Assembly (NCBI GenBank): GCA_963766075.1 | Contig: CAVYAN010000121.1 | Span: forward strand, 1-34,354 | From: an uncultured cyanobacterium | Lineage (GTDB): Bacteria; Cyanobacteriota; Cyanobacteriia; Leptolyngbyales; Leptolyngbyaceae | DNA length: 34,354 bases | Direction of reading: 5' to 3' | Shown here: one piece after another, positions 17,644 through 26,334 of the stretch | How the letters are laid out: each line of letters opens with the position of its first letter | Numbering within the stretch: position 1 is the first letter of the stretch | Translations under genes and position numbers: made by a program | Notes under the pieces: generated by a model | Told to the model about the DNA's origin: nothing | Database searches by the model: none | The model's input: the letters and a program-made list of their open reading frames with translations, nothing else

Positions 17644-19407
17644 TTAGGGAGATGATGGGAACAGTGTCACCTGGGAACGGGACTGTCGCCCGTTTGCCAT
17701 CACACTGGCAAGAGAGCGGTTATAGCCCAAAATTGCAGCAATTCGGTTTCCTTCCGCACTCGTCAGATCAGATTCGGCATTAATGACATCGGTTTGTGTG
17801 CCTACGCCTGCTTGGAAACGCAGTCGGGCCAACCGCAGCGCCTCCTTTGCCTGTTCCAATGCCGTTGTAGTTGTTTGAATATTCTCAAAACTAGAACGCA
17901 AATTGGAGTAGGCTTGTTCCACTTCAAAGCGGACTTGGTCGCGGTTAGAAGCAAAGCGGTTTTCGGCAATTTTGGCGTTGATGTCCTGTTGGTTGGCCCG
18001 AGCTCTCGCAGCTCCACCGTCAAACAGGCTCCAGCGCAAATTGGTCGATAGGCTGTAGCCGTCTGCAATGCCAAGGGCATCATCATAGGAATCCAGGAAG
18101 TTGTACTGGGCTGCCAGACTAATGCGGGGACCCAGGGCAGCTAGAGCGGCCTTCCGAAGTTGCTGAGCGGCCTCGCGGCGCACTAATTGCTCTTCCAATT
18201 CAGAGCGCCTTTTGAAGGCGCGAATAATGGTCTCCTCTAACGAGGTTTCCCAGGTGCCCGCCAGTTGTACCGGATCCGCAGCGGCAAGATCAATGGTTGG
18301 AGCGACATTGATGAGGGCCGCAATTCGCCGCCGACTGATCTGCTGCTGGGACAGGGCGTTATTTAGAGACTGTTGGTCATTGGCCAACTTGACTTGAGAC
18401 CGCAACACGTCGAACTTGGTGCCTAATCCAGCTTTCTCCAACGCCTCGGCATCCTTGAGACTGATCTTGGAGTTTCTGACCGCAGCTTCCTTAATCCGAA
18501 CCACTTCGTCAGCCTGCTGTAAATCGTAATACTCGACTGTTACATCCAGGCGCAATTGCTCGAGGGTGCTTTCGACCAGCAGTTCCGCTGCCCGCACCTG
18601 CTTTTCAGCGGCACGAATCTGGGCGGAGCGTTGTCCTGAAGTAAAAACGTCATAGTTGACCGCCAAGTTGCCACTCAAATTCGTGGTGGCGATATCTTGG
18701 TTGGCCTGCCGAAAAAAGGAAGGTGTGGCCTCTTGGGCTTCCTGGGCCAACTGGCCACTGGCGCTGCGGGAATGGGTGATCCCGGCTTGTAGATCCAATG
18801 TGGGATAGAGGGCCGCTTGGGCTTCTCGCAAGGACGCACGACTGCTGGCGAGTTGAAGGTTTTGCTCTTCCAGGGTGCGGCTGTTTCGTTCTGCAAGCTC
18901 GATCGCTTGTTTCAAGCTAATCGGCTGAATGCCTTGTAGTTTGACTTCCTGGGCTTTCGTGGGAAAAGTGAGGGGGTTGGCCGGAGCATTCAAATATTCT
19001 GGAGCCACTCCGGGTTTGGCAGGTCCCACGGGTTTGGACTGACTGGGCGCATCGGGAATGCTGGGACTAACGGGCATGGGTGTTGCGGCAGGCGCACCCT
19101 GGGCCGGGGGAACAGCAGATGGTGGCGCATTCAGCGATCGCTCCAAGCGTTGCGAATCCTGAACAGGCAGGGGAGCGACCTGCCCCTTGGGGATCGTTGC
19201 CTGGGCTAACAGCACGGCATCAAACCCCTGATTTAAAGGCTGATCGAGAACAGGGGCCGCCAAAGATTCTGCCGGAGAGTTTGCCAGGGGCTTAACAGCC
19301 AGGGAACGCTCCGGAGTGGTGGTGTTTGCCCAGCTCGGGGCGGTCGAAGACCCCCAGGCCGCCAACATTCCCACACTCAAAAGTAAGACACGAAGAGAAG
19401 ATCCCAT
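17644..19407 (-). CDS. tolC: TolC-family outer membrane efflux protein
   Basis: Signal peptide, Pro/Ala-rich linker and two OEP repeats (AALYPTLDL, GLGTKFDVL, LFDGGA, RLRFQAGVGTQTDV). Confidence 0.92.
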   Translation of the reverse strand: MGSSLRVLLLSVGMLAAWGSSTAPSWANTTTPERSLAVKPLANSPAESLAAPVLDQPLNQGFDAVLLAQATIPKGQVAPLPVQDSQRLERSLNAPPSAVPPAQGAPAATPMPVSPSIPDAPSQSKPVGPAKPGVAPEYLNAPANPLTFPTKAQEVKLQGIQPISLKQAIELAERNSRTLEEQNLQLASSRASLREAQAALYPTLDLQAGITHSRSASGQLAQEAQEATPSFFRQANQDIATTNLSGNLAVNYDVFTSGQRSAQIRAAEKQVRAAELLVESTLEQLRLDVTVEYYDLQQADEVVRIKEAAVRNSKISLKDAEALEKAGLGTKFDVLRSQVKLANDQQSLNNALSQQQISRRRIAALINVAPTIDLAAADPVQLAGTWETSLEETIIRAFKRRSELEEQLVRREAAQQLRKAALAALGPRISLAAQYNFLDSYDDALGIADGYSLSTNLRWSLFDGGAARARANQQDINAKIAENRFASNRDQVRFEVEQAYSNLRSSFENIQTTTTALEQAKEALRLARLRFQAGVGTQTDVINAESDLTSAEGNRIAAILGYNRSLASVMANGRQSRSQVTLFPSSP

Positions 19408-19533
19408 AAATTCCTACCGATTTGCTGTCCAGAAACCTTTATACCTTGATACGACAAACTTATGCATAAATTGGGGGTCTCGGGGAGAGTTGTCTGGGGA
19501 CCTTCTTATTGCAGAGCTTTGTTGCAGAGCCGC

Positions 19534-19567
19534 TTTGTAAATTTGCCAACTTTGTAAAGTTGCTAAC
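19534..19567. repeat. Two imperfect 17-bp direct repeats upstream of tolC
   Basis: tttgtaaatttgccaac followed directly by tttgtaaagttgctaac. Confidence 0.6.
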
Positions 19568-19686
19568 ACAATTCACAGTTCAGCCCAAACCATTATTACG
19601 CAAATTAAAGGTATGTTTCCAAATGTAGGAGTGTAAAGGCCCTGATCGTGAGATTGCAGGCTACAAAGAGCGTGGAGCTGGCGCGA

Positions 19687-20391
19687 TTAGGCAAGCGTGT
19701 GACTCCACTGGGTGATGCATGACGGAGATCCGTACCACAGGCCGCTTCGGGGTGAGTGCCTTGCCCCTTCGATGGTTAAATTGTCCGCCCCATCGAGATG
19801 TGCAGCGGCGATCGGGGTAATGCCATCGCCCCAAGTGGTCCCGGTGCCCCCCGTGAGCTGATAGCTGCTGTAGGCCAACCATCCGGCCCAGCCACTCCCC
19901 CAGCGTTGCCCGTAGACGGCCCTGCCCGCCACACAAACGTAGTGCACATCGGCATGAAACGCACCGGGATAGGTGTGATTGACAAAGTTGAGATTTTTGA
20001 GGGTCCAGCGCTCCTGACTGGCGTGGGGCGTGCCCAGAGTAACTAATGTGGTCACATATGTGTGGGCGGACCAGACAGTCTGGGCATCGTCCACTGCGTG
20101 GATGGCGTAAGGCTTTGTGCCCAAATAAATCCGGGCAACCCAGCCCCCGGCGGAATGGCCAATCAGATTGATGCTGGATGCGCCAAATTGCTGCATGGCC
20201 TGATGGACAGTGTCATCCAGTTGCCGCAGGATAGGTGCGACCGATCGCCCACCCACAGTGGGTAGCCAGTCCTGCCAACGAAGGGGCACTATCAGCGTGG
20301 GATAGCCCTGCTCCTGTAAGGCATACTGCAAGGCTTGGTAATCCGTGGCCCCGGCCAAATATCCCGGCAAAATTACAGTGGGTAGCGGCAT
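19687..20391 (-). CDS. Alpha/beta-hydrolase (lipase/esterase, PGAP1-like)
   Basis: Nucleophile elbow GHSAGG, LVTLGTPH and WGDGITP. Confidence 0.85.
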   Translation of the reverse strand: MPLPTVILPGYLAGATDYQALQYALQEQGYPTLIVPLRWQDWLPTVGGRSVAPILRQLDDTVHQAMQQFGASSINLIGHSAGGWVARIYLGTKPYAIHAVDDAQTVWSAHTYVTTLVTLGTPHASQERWTLKNLNFVNHTYPGAFHADVHYVCVAGRAVYGQRWGSGWAGWLAYSSYQLTGGTGTTWGDGITPIAAAHLDGADNLTIEGARHSPRSGLWYGSPSCITQWSHTLA

Positions 20392-20449
20392 GGCGGTACA
20401 AGGAGGGTGAATGTGACACTTGGTGAATGTGACACGTCTCGGAGCAGTG

Positions 20450-21385
20450 CTAGGGATTGAAGAGGCTTAAGCCTAACTCTGTTGCCAGTTTTTCGATCAA
20501 ATAGAGTCCAGCTGTGGGATTGCCAGCGGCATCCAATGTGGGGCTGTAGCAGGCGATCGCCCCTTCTCCTGGCACGATAGCTAAGAGCGCTCCACTGACT
20601 CCAGATTTGGTGGGTAGCCCCACCCGCACGGCATACTCACCGGACGCTTCGTATAAGCCACAGGTCAGCATAAGGGCATTGACCGTGCGCTGGATCGCCG
20701 GATTGGCGATTTGGGGCGTGGTTTGAGCCAATAACATGCCCAAGCGAGACAGGTCAGCCACGGTACCTGCAAGGCAACAGATTTGATTATAGGTATCTAG
20801 GGCTGTATCAATGTCGGCGAAATATCCAGCCTGGGCCAACAATTGGGCAATGGCGCGGTTCGTTTCATTCGACAGCGATCGCACCGAAGCCAGAACATCT
20901 TCATCAAGGTAGAGTTGGCATCCGGCAGTCTGATTCAGCCACTGCCGCAGAGTCTCACAGCGCTCGGCACCGGTCGCCCCAGGCAGCAGGGCTGCTAGGG
21001 CGATCGCACCACTATTGATCATAGGATTGCGGGGGAATCCGCGATCGGCGGAAAGCTGCGTCAGGGAGTGAAACGCCTGATCTGACGGCAACATCCCCAC
21101 CCGCTTAAATACGGCAATCATGCCCAAATGCTCGAGCAAAAACAGCAGCAGCAAGGGCTTAACCACACTCATCAGTGGAAAGCTGCGATTAACGTAGCTA
21201 ACCGAAAAATGACTGCCATTGACTAACCGAATATGAACCGCAAACCATTCTGGGTCGGCATCGGCCAATACGGGAATGTATGTGGGCAACTGCCCCGTCC
21301 GCGCCATTGCCCGAGCCTGGTGGGACCATGTCGCAATTTGGTTCTGGGTGAGAGCAGCCAGTTTGAGGGAGGGCAGAGGTCGCAA
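20450..21385 (-). CDS. glsA: Glutaminase
   Basis: PTYIP, catalytic SVVK, PRNPMINSGAI, TCGLYEASG and PTKSGVSG. TTG start. Confidence 0.93.
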   Translation of the reverse strand: MRPLPSLKLAALTQNQIATWSHQARAMARTGQLPTYIPVLADADPEWFAVHIRLVNGSHFSVSYVNRSFPLMSVVKPLLLLFLLEHLGMIAVFKRVGMLPSDQAFHSLTQLSADRGFPRNPMINSGAIALAALLPGATGAERCETLRQWLNQTAGCQLYLDEDVLASVRSLSNETNRAIAQLLAQAGYFADIDTALDTYNQICCLAGTVADLSRLGMLLAQTTPQIANPAIQRTVNALMLTCGLYEASGEYAVRVGLPTKSGVSGALLAIVPGEGAIACYSPTLDAAGNPTAGLYLIEKLATELGLSLFNP

Positions 21386-21406
21386 GTGAGAAGAGTCGAT
21401 GTTGAA

Positions 21407-21754
21407 TTAGGGGAAGAGTGATGGCGGGGGCGCTATGCCTTCGACGGATTGGCGGAAGCGCTCCACATCGTTACCGTAGGCGATCGGCAGAACGGTTTCG
21501 ACGTTTTCGTGGGGGTTGGGAATAATGACCCAGGTTTCCACCGTACCGCCAAAGGTGTTTTCCGCCGCCTCAATACCAGCTTCCATTGCCCGCTTCACCT
21601 CGGAAATATCACCCCGAATATTCACGGTAAACCGAGCACTACCCGCCCGAATATAGTTCACTAGCGTGATACGTCCCGCCTTGACCATGGCATCCGCCGC
21701 TGCTAACACAGCGGGGAACCCTTTCGTTTCAATTGAACCTACTGCCTTTGGCAT
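21407..21754 (-). CDS. ccmK4: Carboxysome shell protein CcmK4 (BMC-H)
   Basis: AVGSIETKGFP, RAGSARFT pore motif and TWVIIPNPHENV. Confidence 0.9.
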   Translation of the reverse strand: MPKAVGSIETKGFPAVLAAADAMVKAGRITLVNYIRAGSARFTVNIRGDISEVKRAMEAGIEAAENTFGGTVETWVIIPNPHENVETVLPIAYGNDVERFRQSVEGIAPPPSLFP

Positions 21755-21832
21755 TCCTAATGTCTCCTAAACCAAAATCAAGCAACCCAAATTACAGCCC
21801 CAAAATCACAGCTCAGTAGTTTACCTGAGTGC

Positions 21833-22150
21833 TTAGTACCCTTGGCGGAAGGGCTCCACCTGGGGAGTAAACTGCATGTCCATAACCGCTTCGACGTTCT
21901 CGAGGGGGTTGGGGACAATGTACCACGACACCAGCATACCGCCCGGGGCCGCTTTATTGGCCGCTTCCACGCCTGCGGCGACGGCACGTCTGACTTCGCC
22001 CGTATTGCCGCGAACGGAGACAAAAAACTCGGCCCGCTCGGCTAGCGCGTAGTGAACTAGGGTAACTCGCCCAGCTTTAACCATGGCGTCCGCGGCGGCC
22101 AGAACAGGGGGAAACCCCGAAGTCTGAATTACTCCAACGGCAAGCGGCAT
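21833..22150 (-). CDS. ccmK3: Carboxysome shell protein CcmK3 (BMC-H)
   Basis: AVGVIQT.GFP, LAER.EF and YIVPNP.ENV; lies directly upstream of ccmK4. Confidence 0.9.
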   Translation of the reverse strand: MPLAVGVIQTSGFPPVLAAADAMVKAGRVTLVHYALAERAEFFVSVRGNTGEVRRAVAAGVEAANKAAPGGMLVSWYIVPNPLENVEAVMDMQFTPQVEPFRQGY

Positions 22151-22357
22151 AGCGATCTCCCAAGACTGTTGAACCGTATCGAGATTATTCTATGCTTGTT
22201 TCTGCGCATTTTCTTGCTTTCTGAATCCGGACTTTCTGTTTCTGGCAATTGTTTCTGGTTTCTGGCAATTGGTATAGCGCGATCGCCAGCTTTTGAACCG
22301 CCTGAACCGTTTGCACTGGCAGGCCCAGACCAAGCCATTACTGAATCAGGAGCCGAA

Positions 22358-22741
22358 TTAGGGCAATAGGGAAACATGGGCCGACACGATTTTCCATCCT
22401 TCGGGGAAACGATACCAAGTTTGGCTTTGTCTGCCTTGGCGCGGGATGCCATTGATGGTGCGGCAGAATTCCAGGGTAACCGTAGCAGTCTGGCGATCAA
22501 AGGCTACCACTTGGAGATGGGCAATGTCACGAGCGAGGTTTTGGGGGGAGCGCTGTTGCCGAAAGGCTCGAATGGCCTCGATGCCATAAAGGTTTTCGGT
22601 GGCCCCAAAGCGCACTACGGCAGGATTGTGCCAAAAGAGCGCGTCCATTGTGTCTAGGTCATTGCTACAGAGGGCGATCTCGTACTGGTGATAAAGCTGG
22701 GTCAGCTCGGCGACAATATCCGGGTGGTTAATCTGGGTCAT
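22358..22741 (-). CDS. AtzH-like / oxalurate catabolism protein HpxZ (DUF3225, NTF2-like)
   Basis: YEIAL..NDL, LFW, RFGATENLYG..AIRAFR, GRQSQTW and WKIVSAHVS. Confidence 0.88.
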   Translation of the reverse strand: MTQINHPDIVAELTQLYHQYEIALCSNDLDTMDALFWHNPAVVRFGATENLYGIEAIRAFRQQRSPQNLARDIAHLQVVAFDRQTATVTLEFCRTINGIPRQGRQSQTWYRFPEGWKIVSAHVSLLP

Positions 22742-22768
22742 GGGTGGGAGTGTACGGGATGGAACGGA

Positions 22769-23668
22769 CTAATGTTGGAAATCATCCTGAAAATCATGAA
22801 TGTGCTGGGCCGTAATTTTCGGAGCTTCCAAATGGGGAACATGGCCACAGTGAGGAATCCAGATGAGCGTGCTGTGGGCGATCGCCTGCTGGATTTTTTC
22901 AGCATCGGCAGTGCCAAGGATGCGATCGTGATCGCCCCACAGAATGAGCGTGGGCTGAGTAATCTGGCGGATCCGCTGTGGTCCCAGATTGGTGTAGCCC
23001 CCACTTTGGGTAAAGGCAATCAGGGCACGACTCCAACGGGGTGATTGTAGATGTAACGCCGCACAGAGTTCAGCATCCGAGGTGACGAAGCGGGAATCAT
23101 AGTAGGCTTGGCGGCTGACCCGTTGGCGGACCTGGGGCTGACGCAGAAATGCCGTGGCCAGGTACCCCAGTGGCGGAATGAGAAACTTGCCGATCGCCGG
23201 ACCCAAGGCATAGCCCGCACTATCTAAAAGCACGAGCTGAGCCACGGCCTCGGGATAGGTCAAGGCAAAATCCATGGCGGCGGCCCCACCCATGGATGCC
23301 CCCACCAAAATCACCGGCTGTTGAATCAAGGTTTGCCAAACGGCGTGCAGATGGATTTTGATCGCGGCGGGATCAAAGCTTAGACCGGGGGGACGTTCGG
23401 TAAAGCCAAAGCCCAACAGGTCTACAGCCCAGGTTTCTTGGTGCAGCGCTAGATAGGGTAGCAGACGGCGAAATTCAAACACTGAGCTGTCGAAGCCGTG
23501 GACCAGCAAAATCGGGGTGCCGCCGGAGCCTTGGCGTACATAACTCGTGGCGATCGCCGCCGCCTGCAGTGGGGTTGGAATTGGGGCCTGAGTGATGGCC
23601 TGGGCGAGAGCAATAGAAGTCGGTTCGGTTAACTGGCTAACCGCAGAAGGCAGAAAATGGGCAACCAT
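22769..23668 (-). CDS. Alpha/beta fold hydrolase
   Basis: HGFDSS, DLLGFG, GASMGG, LILWGDHD and CGHVPHLE. Confidence 0.92.
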   Translation of the reverse strand: MVAHFLPSAVSQLTEPTSIALAQAITQAPIPTPLQAAAIATSYVRQGSGGTPILLVHGFDSSVFEFRRLLPYLALHQETWAVDLLGFGFTERPPGLSFDPAAIKIHLHAVWQTLIQQPVILVGASMGGAAAMDFALTYPEAVAQLVLLDSAGYALGPAIGKFLIPPLGYLATAFLRQPQVRQRVSRQAYYDSRFVTSDAELCAALHLQSPRWSRALIAFTQSGGYTNLGPQRIRQITQPTLILWGDHDRILGTADAEKIQQAIAHSTLIWIPHCGHVPHLEAPKITAQHIHDFQDDFQH

Positions 23669-23879
23669 GCACAGAGAATCGCTGGGGTAAATGCTGGAGA
23701 GAAGATCGCAGCCAACAGAAATAGGCCATCTTGGGCTATTTCAGGAGGATGTACTGGCTCAAGATATGCTGAATCAGCATGTGCTCAAACACCCGTCACG
23801 GAAAAAACGGCCTCTAAAGACAAAGCGCTGATACAGTCATTGAATAGACTTCCTCAGCGCTTCGCTATATAAACTAAAA

Positions 23880-23953
23880 CGGGCTAGGAGGGATTCGAAC
23901 CCCCGACACCGTGGTCCGTAGCCACGTGCTCTAGTCCACTGAGCTACAAGCCC
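23880..23953 (-). tRNA. trnR-ACG: tRNA-Arg (anticodon ACG)
   Basis: Reverse complement GGGCTTGTAGCTCAGTGGACTAGAGCACGTGGCT-ACG-GACCACGGTGTCGGGGGTTCGAATCCCTCCTAGCCCG folds into a cloverleaf with a TTCGAAT T-loop. CCA is not encoded. Confidence 0.97.
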
Positions 23954-23991
23954 TTGCAGCAAGACTTAAATACTACCATACTCCACACATC

Positions 23992-24567
23992 ATGCAACCG
24001 ATTTCCTCAGATCAGTCTTTAGATCAGTCTCTGATCCCGGCCCAGGCTAGCAATGAACCAATGCCATCTCCACCCAATGCCCCTTTGCTCCCGCTGAATT
24101 CTCTGACCCATTTGGATGCACAGGGGCAGGCCCAAATGGTGGATGTCTCCGCCAAGCCGATCACAGGCCGACGGGCGATCGCGGCGGGCCAAATTCGCAT
24201 GTTGCCCCAGACCTTAGCGGCGATCGCCGCTGGCAATGCTCCCAAGGGGGATGTTCTGGGCACCGCGCGCTTAGCTGGCATCATGGCGGCCAAACAAACC
24301 GCGCACCTGATACCCCTGTGCCATCCCCTACCGCTGCAAAAGGTGGAGGTCCACTTGACGCCAGACCCAACTTTGCCGGGGTACCGGATTCAGGCCGAGG
24401 TCAAAACCACGGCTGAAACTGGAGTGGAAATGGAGGCATTAACCGCTGTGGCAGTGGCGGCCCTGACGCTCTATGACATGGCCAAGGCCCTGGAAAAATC
24501 CATGTGCATTGAAAATATTCACTTGGTCTCTAAAACGGGGGGGAAATCTGGGGACTACGCCGCTTAG
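23992..24567 (+). CDS. moaC: Cyclic pyranopterin monophosphate synthase (start may be 24061)
   Basis: [33 protein letters not shown] and KTGGKSG. Confidence 0.97.
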   Translation: MQPISSDQSLDQSLIPAQASNEPMPSPPNAPLLPLNSLTHLDAQGQAQMVDVSAKPITGRRAIAAGQIRMLPQTLAAIAAGNAPKGDVLGTARLAGIMAAKQTAHLIPLCHPLPLQKVEVHLTPDPTLPGYRIQAEVKTTAETGVEMEALTAVAVAALTLYDMAKALEKSMCIENIHLVSKTGGKSGDYAA

Positions 24568-24574
24568 ACCGATG

Positions 24575-24698
24575 GCACCCTTCGGCTCCGCTCAGGGTGC
24601 AACGGCTCCGCTCAGGGTGCAACGACTCCGCTTAGGGTGCAACGACTCCGCTTAGGGTGCAACGACTTCGCGCAGGGTGCAACGACTCCGCTCAGGGT
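24575..24698. repeat. Six 20-bp tandem repeats of a REP-like unit (consensus CGRCTCCGCTYAGGGTGCAA)
   Basis: Units begin at 24583, 24603, 24623, 24643, 24663 and 24683 with no spacers. The first unit sits in the hairpin GCACCC-TTCGGCTCCGCTCA-GGGTGC. Confidence 0.95.
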
Positions 24699-24743
24699 TC
24701 TATCTTTCTATTCTTTCAACTTCGTTTCTTTTAAATTCGTTTG

Positions 24744-24795
24744 AAATAAGACTTTCGCTGGCTTCGGCTCCGCTCAGCCAGCGAAAGTTTTATTT
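24744..24795. repeat. REP-like palindrome with the same TTCGGCTCCGCTCA core
   Basis: ACTTTCGCTGGC-TTCGGCTCCGCTCA-GCCAGCGAAAGT (24751-24788) has 12-bp perfect arms, extendable by AAATAA/TTATTT. Confidence 0.9.
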
Positions 24796-24842
24796 TTGAA
24801 AATTGATTCAATGTTTAGTAAAGAATATTCGTCCGGTGCAGA

Positions 24843-25400
24843 CTATACATCTGGTACATAGTAATGACTGAGAACTTCTTGTCCCCATCGCACGAGGGCT
24901 TCTGGGCCTTCCAGCATCAGCAGGTAGCGCCCTTGGCGCAGGTGGCGATGATAGATGTTGGCCTTACTGCCTTCGCCCCACAGCCCAAACAGAACACCGA
25001 AAACGGCCCCACACACGGCCCCAACCCCGGCGATCGCCATGGCTCCAAGCAGCACAAACCCCAATGGACTTTCTCCCAGGAGCAAGAACCCCAAAGCCAT
25101 AGCAAACCCCAGCACTGCCCCATGGCAGGCAAACAACTGGGCTTGGCGGTGGGCAATTTGCAGCGGACCGATCAAGCCAACCCGGTCGGGGCTGCTGTAA
25201 CCTTCACCGACAATGGCTAGGTTTTCTGGGGAAATACCGTGGTAGTGCAGCAGGCGATAGGCTTGGAATGCGATCGACTCACTGGGCAAAACCACAACCG
25301 CTAGATGGTTAGAGCGCCGTTTTGATGCAACCTTTCGAGGAAAGCGGGTAGTAGCCACAGCAATGAATTCAGCAACAGCAAGGTAAGTGACAGAGAGCAA
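24843..25400 (-). CDS. Hypothetical membrane protein (Gly-rich transmembrane hairpin)
   Basis: 185-aa ORF with two GxxxG-rich TM segments followed by Y...LRQGRYLLMLEG. TTG start is uncertain. Confidence 0.7.
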   Translation of the reverse strand: MLSVTYLAVAEFIAVATTRFPRKVASKRRSNHLAVVVLPSESIAFQAYRLLHYHGISPENLAIVGEGYSSPDRVGLIGPLQIAHRQAQLFACHGAVLGFAMALGFLLLGESPLGFVLLGAMAIAGVGAVCGAVFGVLFGLWGEGSKANIYHRHLRQGRYLLMLEGPEALVRWGQEVLSHYYVPDV

Positions 25401-25607
25401 GACTCAAGAAAACCCACTATCGCAACGTTGATAGCTTCATCTCAAGCATAGGGTAGATAAACGGCGTTGGGCAGATGAACTTAATAAATTCTTCAAGAAT
25501 AGTCTCTGGGATCTTCCGGAGCCAGCAGCGCGAAAAGATTGCATGTCGTCCGTTATTCGGTCGATACTTGAGAGGTGACTGTTTAGCAATTTCTGGACCT
25601 GATTTGT

Positions 25608-25928
25608 ATGCCTCCCCGTTGGCCCCGTCAACCTGATCGCAAAGATCCCGCCTTTCGGCGCTTAGATGACCGCATGAACTTTGCTACCCATGTGGCAGTG
25701 TTTGCTGCAGTGAACTCTGGGCTGTGGTTTTTCCGAAATTTGGGTGATTTGACTATGGGTCTTCCTGGCGGACTGCCCCAAACGCCCGTGATCACTAGTG
25801 TTTGGCTCAGTTTTCTAGTCGCCCATGGCGTATTTATTTTTGCCATTGCCCAGTATTCGGAAACGGAGGCGATCCTGGGCAGGAATACCACTGCGTCGGA
25901 AAAACCGGTGAAGCCGTCTCAGGATTAA
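25608..25928 (+). CDS. 2TM-domain protein, conserved in cyanobacteria
   Basis: MPPRWPR.PDR.DPAFRRLDDRMNFA.HVA.F...NSGLWF followed by a second TM helix. Confidence 0.8.
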   Translation: MPPRWPRQPDRKDPAFRRLDDRMNFATHVAVFAAVNSGLWFFRNLGDLTMGLPGGLPQTPVITSVWLSFLVAHGVFIFAIAQYSETEAILGRNTTASEKPVKPSQD

Positions 25929-25978
25929 GCTCCACAGTTGGTCCTTTAAACAGTTGGGCCTTTATAGGAGAACAGGTT

Positions 25979-26287
25979 ATGGTGCGTAAAAGTTCGACGG
26001 AAACGATTGAATCTCTAGCAGCAGAAATTGGTGAGGCCGTTTACATTGACGTGGCCAAATGGCATTTGTATCTGTCTAATGCCCACCTGCATACGGTCCT
26101 CGCGGAGGCACTCTACCCTGTGTTACTCGACAATGCCTTGACCGAGGCAACGTTGACGCAGGTATTGCAAGGTATTCCGGTCAAGCTGGGCGGGGGCAAG
26201 CGAGAAGTGCCTCTAGCTGATTTGGTGCCCATGCAATGCCAAGTTGCCCTGATGGATGTGCTAGAAGAATTTCAGCGCAAGTTGTAG
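25979..26287 (+). CDS. DUF3181 family protein
   Basis: IESLAAEIGEAVYIDVAKWHLYL and PVKLGGGK. AGGAGA RBS precedes ATG 25979. Confidence 0.82.
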   Translation: MVRKSSTETIESLAAEIGEAVYIDVAKWHLYLSNAHLHTVLAEALYPVLLDNALTEATLTQVLQGIPVKLGGGKREVPLADLVPMQCQVALMDVLEEFQRKL

Positions 26288-26334
26288 GGGGATAATAGGG
26301 ACAGGATTGCTGAGGTGTTAATCACGGGTATTAG

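Noticed and set aside
21407..22150. A novel metabolosome (bacterial microcompartment) locus
   Set aside because: Only two BMC-H genes are present and both match carboxysomal CcmK3/K4. There is no pentamer, trimer, aldehyde dehydrogenase or signature enzyme.
23880..23990. tRNA-anchored genomic island or prophage attachment site
   Set aside because: No integrase and no duplicated tRNA 3' end were seen, and the flanking genes are host-like with HIP1 sites.
24583..24698. CRISPR array
   Set aside because: The 20-bp units are directly adjacent with no unique spacers, and there are no cas genes in the window.
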